NCBI GenBank assembly: GCA_963754985.1
Contig: CAVWIJ010000006.1
Location: 27,245-91,244 of the forward strand
DNA: 64,000 nt
Reading direction: 5' to 3'
Origin: an uncultured Holophagae bacterium
Lineage (GTDB): Bacteria > Acidobacteriota > Thermoanaerobaculia > Thermoanaerobaculales > Sulfomarinibacteraceae
Part shown: piece by piece, positions 60,089 to 64,000 of the stretch
How the letters are laid out: each line of letters opens with the position of its first letter
Numbering within the stretch: the first letter of the stretch is position 1
Made by a program: the position numbers and the translations under genes
Notes under the pieces: generated by a model
Database searches by the model: none
What the model saw: only the letters and a program-made list of their open reading frames with translations
What the model was told of the DNA's origin: nothing

Positions 60089-61356
60089 TGCGACTGACGA
60101 CCGCGCTCCGCATCCTGCGCCGCGACCTCGTGCGCTACCTCCGCAATCCGGGTCGCACCGCGCTCCTGTTCGCGATCCCGCTCATGATGGCCGCGATCTT
60201 CGCGCTGGTCTTCGGCGGCGGCTCCGACGACGGCGGCATCACGATCCGAGTGCTCCTGTGGGACGAGGACGACAGCCTGCTCGGCCGGCTGCTGCAGGGG
60301 GCTGAGGACCGACCCGAGTCCGAGGGCCGCCTCGATGTGGTGCCGGTTGGGCCGGAAGGCCTCGAGATGATGGACCACGGCGACGCCTCGGCGCTGGTCC
60401 ATCTGCCGAAGGGCTTCACGCGCGCCGTCATCGACGGCCGCCCGACCGCGATCGAGGTGGTCAAGAACCCAGCGCAGCGCTTCCTGCCGCTCGTCGTCGA
60501 GGAAGGCGTGATGCTCGGCGCCACCGTGCTCTCCGCCGCCTCGCGCGCGCTGCGGCCGGAGCTTGACGCGATCTCGTCCTTCCTCGACGCCGATGCCGCG
60601 CCCGAGGACGCCGCCGTCGGAGCGCTCAGTCAGTCCTTCAACCGGCGGGCCAAGCAGTTCGACCGCTATGTCTTCCCGCCCGTGGTGAAGCTCGAGGCGG
60701 TCGACCTCGGTGCGGACGAGGACGACGATGCGAAAGAGACCTCACAGGGCGTGGCCGCCGTGCTCAGCGTGTTCCTGCCCGGCTTCGCCGTCCTGGGCGT
60801 GCTCTTCCTCGCCCAGTCGGCCACCCGGGACATGCTCCATGACCGCGAGACCGGGCTCGTGCGCCAGCTCCTGACCGCGCCCGTGTCGCCCGCCTCCTAC
60901 CTCCTCGGCAAGTGCCTGTCGGTGCTCGTGGTGAGCGCCACGGGCCTGGCGCTGCTGGTCGCGGCGGGGGTGGCCGCCGGCGTCTCGTGGGGGTCCCCGC
61001 TGGCAGTCGCCGCCGTGGTCGTCGCCGCCGCCGTCGCCGCGAGCGGCACCCTGCTGCTGGTGATGAGCGTGGTCGGCAGCGAGCGCCAGGGGGATGCGCT
61101 GTCGACCATTGTCATCATGAGCTGGTGCCTGCTCGGCGGCGCCTTCGTGCCGCTGTCCCAGATGCCACCCTTTCTCCTCCCGATCGCCAAGACCACCCTC
61201 GTCTACTGGGCGACGTCCGCCTTCTCGAGCCTGATCGCAGGTGGCGGCATCGCCGACATCCTGCCCAACCTGGCGGTGCTGGCGGGCGCCGGCGCACTCG
61301 GGATCGCAATCGGCGCCGCCGTCATGGGGCGGCGGCTCGCGAGGGGGGCGCTGTGA
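60088..61356 (+). CDS. ABC-2 type permease
   Basis: N-terminal TM, large extracytoplasmic loop, five C-terminal TMs, LLGGAFVPL..MP; TGATG coupling. Confidence 0.9.
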   Translation: MRLTTALRILRRDLVRYLRNPGRTALLFAIPLMMAAIFALVFGGGSDDGGITIRVLLWDEDDSLLGRLLQGAEDRPESEGRLDVVPVGPEGLEMMDHGDASALVHLPKGFTRAVIDGRPTAIEVVKNPAQRFLPLVVEEGVMLGATVLSAASRALRPELDAISSFLDADAAPEDAAVGALSQSFNRRAKQFDRYVFPPVVKLEAVDLGADEDDDAKETSQGVAAVLSVFLPGFAVLGVLFLAQSATRDMLHDRETGLVRQLLTAPVSPASYLLGKCLSVLVVSATGLALLVAAGVAAGVSWGSPLAVAAVVVAAAVAASGTLLLVMSVVGSERQGDALSTIVIMSWCLLGGAFVPLSQMPPFLLPIAKTTLVYWATSAFSSLIAGGGIADILPNLAVLAGAGALGIAIGAAVMGRRLARGAL

Positions 61357-62522
61357 TGAGCCGCGCCGCGCTCACCCTCGCCCGGCACGACCTCCGCCTG
61401 ACCCTCGCCGACCGCAGCGCGGCGCTGTGGATGTTCATCATGCCGGTCGTCTTCGCCATCTTCTTCGGGATGGTGATGGGCGGCGGCCAGGACCCGACCA
61501 CGGCGCAGGTGAAGCTGACGGTGGTCGACGAGGACGGCGGCGAGCTCGCGCGCATGCTCGTCTCCGACCTCGCGGGCGCGCGCCTGGCGATCAACGAGAT
61601 CCCTGCCGAGTCGAAGGACGTGACCCCCGACAAGGCCCGGACGCTCGTCATCCCGAAGGGCTTCACCGACCGGGTGCTGGCCGGCGAGCAGGTGACCCTG
61701 CGCCTGGAGCGCGAGCCCGACAGCAACGCCGAGGCGGCGCTGGCCGCCCAGGCCCGCATCGCGGGCGCGGTGGCCCGCCTGATCGGCCGGCTGGTCGAGG
61801 CGCAGGCCGCGGCCGGCTCAGAGGGCCCGGCGGCGCTCGACGCCGTCCGGGCCACGGCCGGCGCCGTCGATCTGGTGACGGTGGAGTCGCGGTATGCCGG
61901 CAAGGCCCGGGTCGCCCCGGGCGGCTTCGCCCACTCGGTCCCGGGCAACACCGTGATGTTCGTGATGCTGGTCGCGCTGACCTACGGCGCGGGCAGCGTC
62001 AGCGCCGAGCGCGGCAGCGGCATGCTGCGCCGGATCGCGAGCTGCCCGGTGTCGCGGGCCGACGTCGTCCTCGGCAAGATCCTCGGCCGCGTCGCGGTGG
62101 CCTCGGTCCAGGTCACGGTACTGGTGGCGATCTGCCTGATCGGCTCGCGCTTCTTCGGCGAGGGGCTCGGCGGCCGCCCCATCGAGGTGTGGGCGATCCT
62201 GATCCTGTTCGGGGCCGCGGTGGCGCCGCTCGGCGTGGCGGTCGGCGGCTTCATCCGCGACCCCGACCGCGCCGCCAGCCTGGGCGTCATGGCGACGATG
62301 GCGATGGCGGCCCTCGGCGGCTGCTGGTGGCCGATCGAGGTGGTGTCGCCGGTCCTGCAGAAGGCCTCACTGCTCTTCCCGACCGGCTGGGCGATGCGCG
62401 CCCTGCACGGGGTGATCTCGTTCGGCGAGGGCTTGTCGGGCGTGGCGCTGCCGCTCGTCGTGCTGGCGCTGTTCGGCCTCGCCTGCACCGCCCTCGCCGC
62501 CCGCGTCCTGCGCGCGGTCTGA
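61356..62522 (+). CDS. ABC-2 type permease
   Basis: HSVPGNTVMF, ERGSGMLRR, ALGGCWWP.E, PTGWAM; TGATG coupling. Confidence 0.9.
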   Translation: MSRAALTLARHDLRLTLADRSAALWMFIMPVVFAIFFGMVMGGGQDPTTAQVKLTVVDEDGGELARMLVSDLAGARLAINEIPAESKDVTPDKARTLVIPKGFTDRVLAGEQVTLRLEREPDSNAEAALAAQARIAGAVARLIGRLVEAQAAAGSEGPAALDAVRATAGAVDLVTVESRYAGKARVAPGGFAHSVPGNTVMFVMLVALTYGAGSVSAERGSGMLRRIASCPVSRADVVLGKILGRVAVASVQVTVLVAICLIGSRFFGEGLGGRPIEVWAILILFGAAVAPLGVAVGGFIRDPDRAASLGVMATMAMAALGGCWWPIEVVSPVLQKASLLFPTGWAMRALHGVISFGEGLSGVALPLVVLALFGLACTALAARVLRAV

Positions 62523-62543
62523 CCGGGCCGCGGCCGCCGCCGG

Positions 62544-63149
62544 TCAGTCGCGGCGGTGCCGCTCGTAGTAGCGCCGCGCCTTGGCGCGGTTGCCGCAGCT
62601 CGCCATGTCGCACCACCGCCGGCGACGGTTACGGCTGTCATCGAGGAACAGCCACGTGCAGGTCTCGGATGCGCACTCACGGACCCGGTCCACGCTCTCC
62701 GAGCTCAGCAGCTCGGCGGCCGCGCGCGCCACCGGCCACAGCATCCGGTCGAGGGCGCCGTCCGGCGCCGACCACTCGAGGCGGCAGCGCGGCCCGTCCG
62801 CGCGCAAGCACAGGTGCGGCAACGCACCGGCGAGCTCCCGGTTGACCACCTCGAGCTCGGCGGCCCGCGGCGGCCGGCCCGCGGCCACCCGCGAGAAGCT
62901 CCCGTAGATGGCCTCGCGGAGCTGCCGCGCCCGCTCCACGACCTCGCGCGACCGCGCCCGCTGCCGAACCGCCCGGGCGAGGAGTCGGCGTCCCTCGGCC
63001 GCACTGACGATGCCGCCCTGAACCCCCCACGCGACAAGCGCCGGGTAGGAATGGAGGCGATCCGTCGAGGGGTCGCTCCGGCTCCCCCAGGTGTTGGCGA
63101 AGTCCAGGCACCGATTGCGGGAATCGAACGCGAAGGGTGGGCCGTCCAT
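62544..63149 (-). CDS. ABATE/CGNR zinc-finger protein
   Basis: CLDFANT; RVREC..ETC.WLFLD.SRN.RRRWC.M.SCGNRAK.RR. Confidence 0.93.
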   Translation of the reverse strand: MDGPPFAFDSRNRCLDFANTWGSRSDPSTDRLHSYPALVAWGVQGGIVSAAEGRRLLARAVRQRARSREVVERARQLREAIYGSFSRVAAGRPPRAAELEVVNRELAGALPHLCLRADGPRCRLEWSAPDGALDRMLWPVARAAAELLSSESVDRVRECASETCTWLFLDDSRNRRRRWCDMASCGNRAKARRYYERHRRD

Positions 63150-63154
63150 GGCTC

Positions 63155-63204
63155 ATTATAACCGTCATTCTGCACTTGACAAGTTAGGCAACTCGATATA
63201 CTCT
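63155..63204. promoter_or_regulatory. overlapping divergent sigma70 promoters
   Basis: Plus strand: TTGACA (63176-81)-N17-TACTCT. Minus strand: TTGTCA-N16-TATAAT (63160-55), 5 nt before the CGNR ATG. Confidence 0.7.
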
Positions 63205-63241
63205 AACTGGTGAACTACGCTTTGCTGGTGAGGAGCTCCCG

Positions 63242-64000
63242 ATGACCGACGCCCTCATACCGCAGCCGGGCTTCAGCGACCTCGAGCGGCGCGGCCTGCG
63301 CAGCTCGCTCATCAACCGCCGCGACCGGCTGGCGGCGCTGCCGGCCGCGGCCGTCGGGCCCCGCGTCGCCGGCCTCTTGGCCGAGGTCGACGCGGCTCTC
63401 GATCGGCTCGAGGGGCCGGACTTCGGGGCCTGCGCGCGCTGCGACGGCCACGTCGAGCCGGACCGGCTCCGCGCCAACCCGCTGACCACGGTGTGCCTCG
63501 ACTGCCTGAGCGAGGAGGAGCGGCGCGCGCTGGAGCGCGACCTCGAGCTGGCCTCGCAGGTCCAGGCCTCCCTGCTGCCGCCGCTGGACTTCGCGGCAGG
63601 GGACTGGAGCGGGCACTTCCTCTACCAACCACACGGCGTGGTCAGCGGCGACTACGTCGACGTGCTGGCGCCTGGCGGCCCGCGCGACGAGCTGCTGGTG
63701 ATGGTCGGCGACGTCTCTGGCAAGGGCGTCGCCGCCGCGCTGCTGATGTCCCAGCTCCACGCGGTGGTCCGGGCCACGGCCGGGTCCGGTCTGGTGGAGA
63801 TGGTGGAGCGCGCCAACCGACTGCTCTGCGCCGCCTCGCCCGCCAACGCCTTCGCCACCCTGGTCGCCGCGCGGCTGCAGCCGGACGGTGAGGTCGAGCT
63901 GTGCACCGCCGGCCACACGCCGCCGCTGGTCGTCAACGCGTTCGGGGTCGATGAGCTGCCAACCGACTGCATGCCGCTCGGCCTGTTCTGCGACGCACCC
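63242..64000 (+). CDS. DksA/TraR C4 zinc finger fused to SpoIIE/RsbU-type PP2C phosphatase, 3'-partial (absent from the ORF track)
   Basis: SD GAGGAG; 'LLAEVDAALDRLE..DFGACARC...VE.DRL.ANP....CLDC', 'LELASQVQASLLP', VSGDYVD, VGDVSGKGVAAALLM, CTAGHTPPL. Confidence 0.9.
   Translation, partial: MTDALIPQPGFSDLERRGLRSSLINRRDRLAALPAAAVGPRVAGLLAEVDAALDRLEGPDFGACARCDGHVEPDRLRANPLTTVCLDCLSEEERRALERDLELASQVQASLLPPLDFAAGDWSGHFLYQPHGVVSGDYVDVLAPGGPRDELLVMVGDVSGKGVAAALLMSQLHAVVRATAGSGLVEMVERANRLLCAASPANAFATLVAARLQPDGEVELCTAGHTPPLVVNAFGVDELPTDCMPLGLFCDAP

Overview
GC-rich bacterial window with about 42 protein-coding genes. I see no rRNA, tRNA or CRISPR array. The style of the secreted proteins (PVELQxFxxE and FxDGFESGDTxxWS tails, a shared 'G..G..W.TDL.L.NP...GDPIT' domain) suggests Acidobacteriota/Thermoanaerobaculia; this is inference. 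Contents: alkA-ogt repair pair; a sigma54 activator followed by a UAS, a -24/-12 promoter and a secreted beta-propeller; a six-PAS histidine kinase; MtfA peptidase; propeller-GGDEF cyclase; mprF; tandem RRM RNA-binding proteins; M23 and M28 peptidases; an LCIB/theta-type carbonic anhydrase; a Tat-exported aldo-keto reductase; a membrane-anchored UxxC peroxiredoxin-like selenoprotein with a SECIS; TolC/MFP/RND efflux; a nine-heme surface cytochrome; ECF sigma, STAS, ABC exporter, CGNR regulator and a DksA-finger/PP2C fusion. Many genes are split by single-base indels, densest at 47.7-55.8 kb, most likely sequencing error. Highlights: (1) recurring terminal tags on unrelated secreted proteins, a candidate surface-sorting system; (2) the hidden selenoprotein; (3) the anchored multiheme cytochrome; (4) an IS1182-related miniature element at stop codons; (5) repeated leaderless TANNNT-N6-start architecture.
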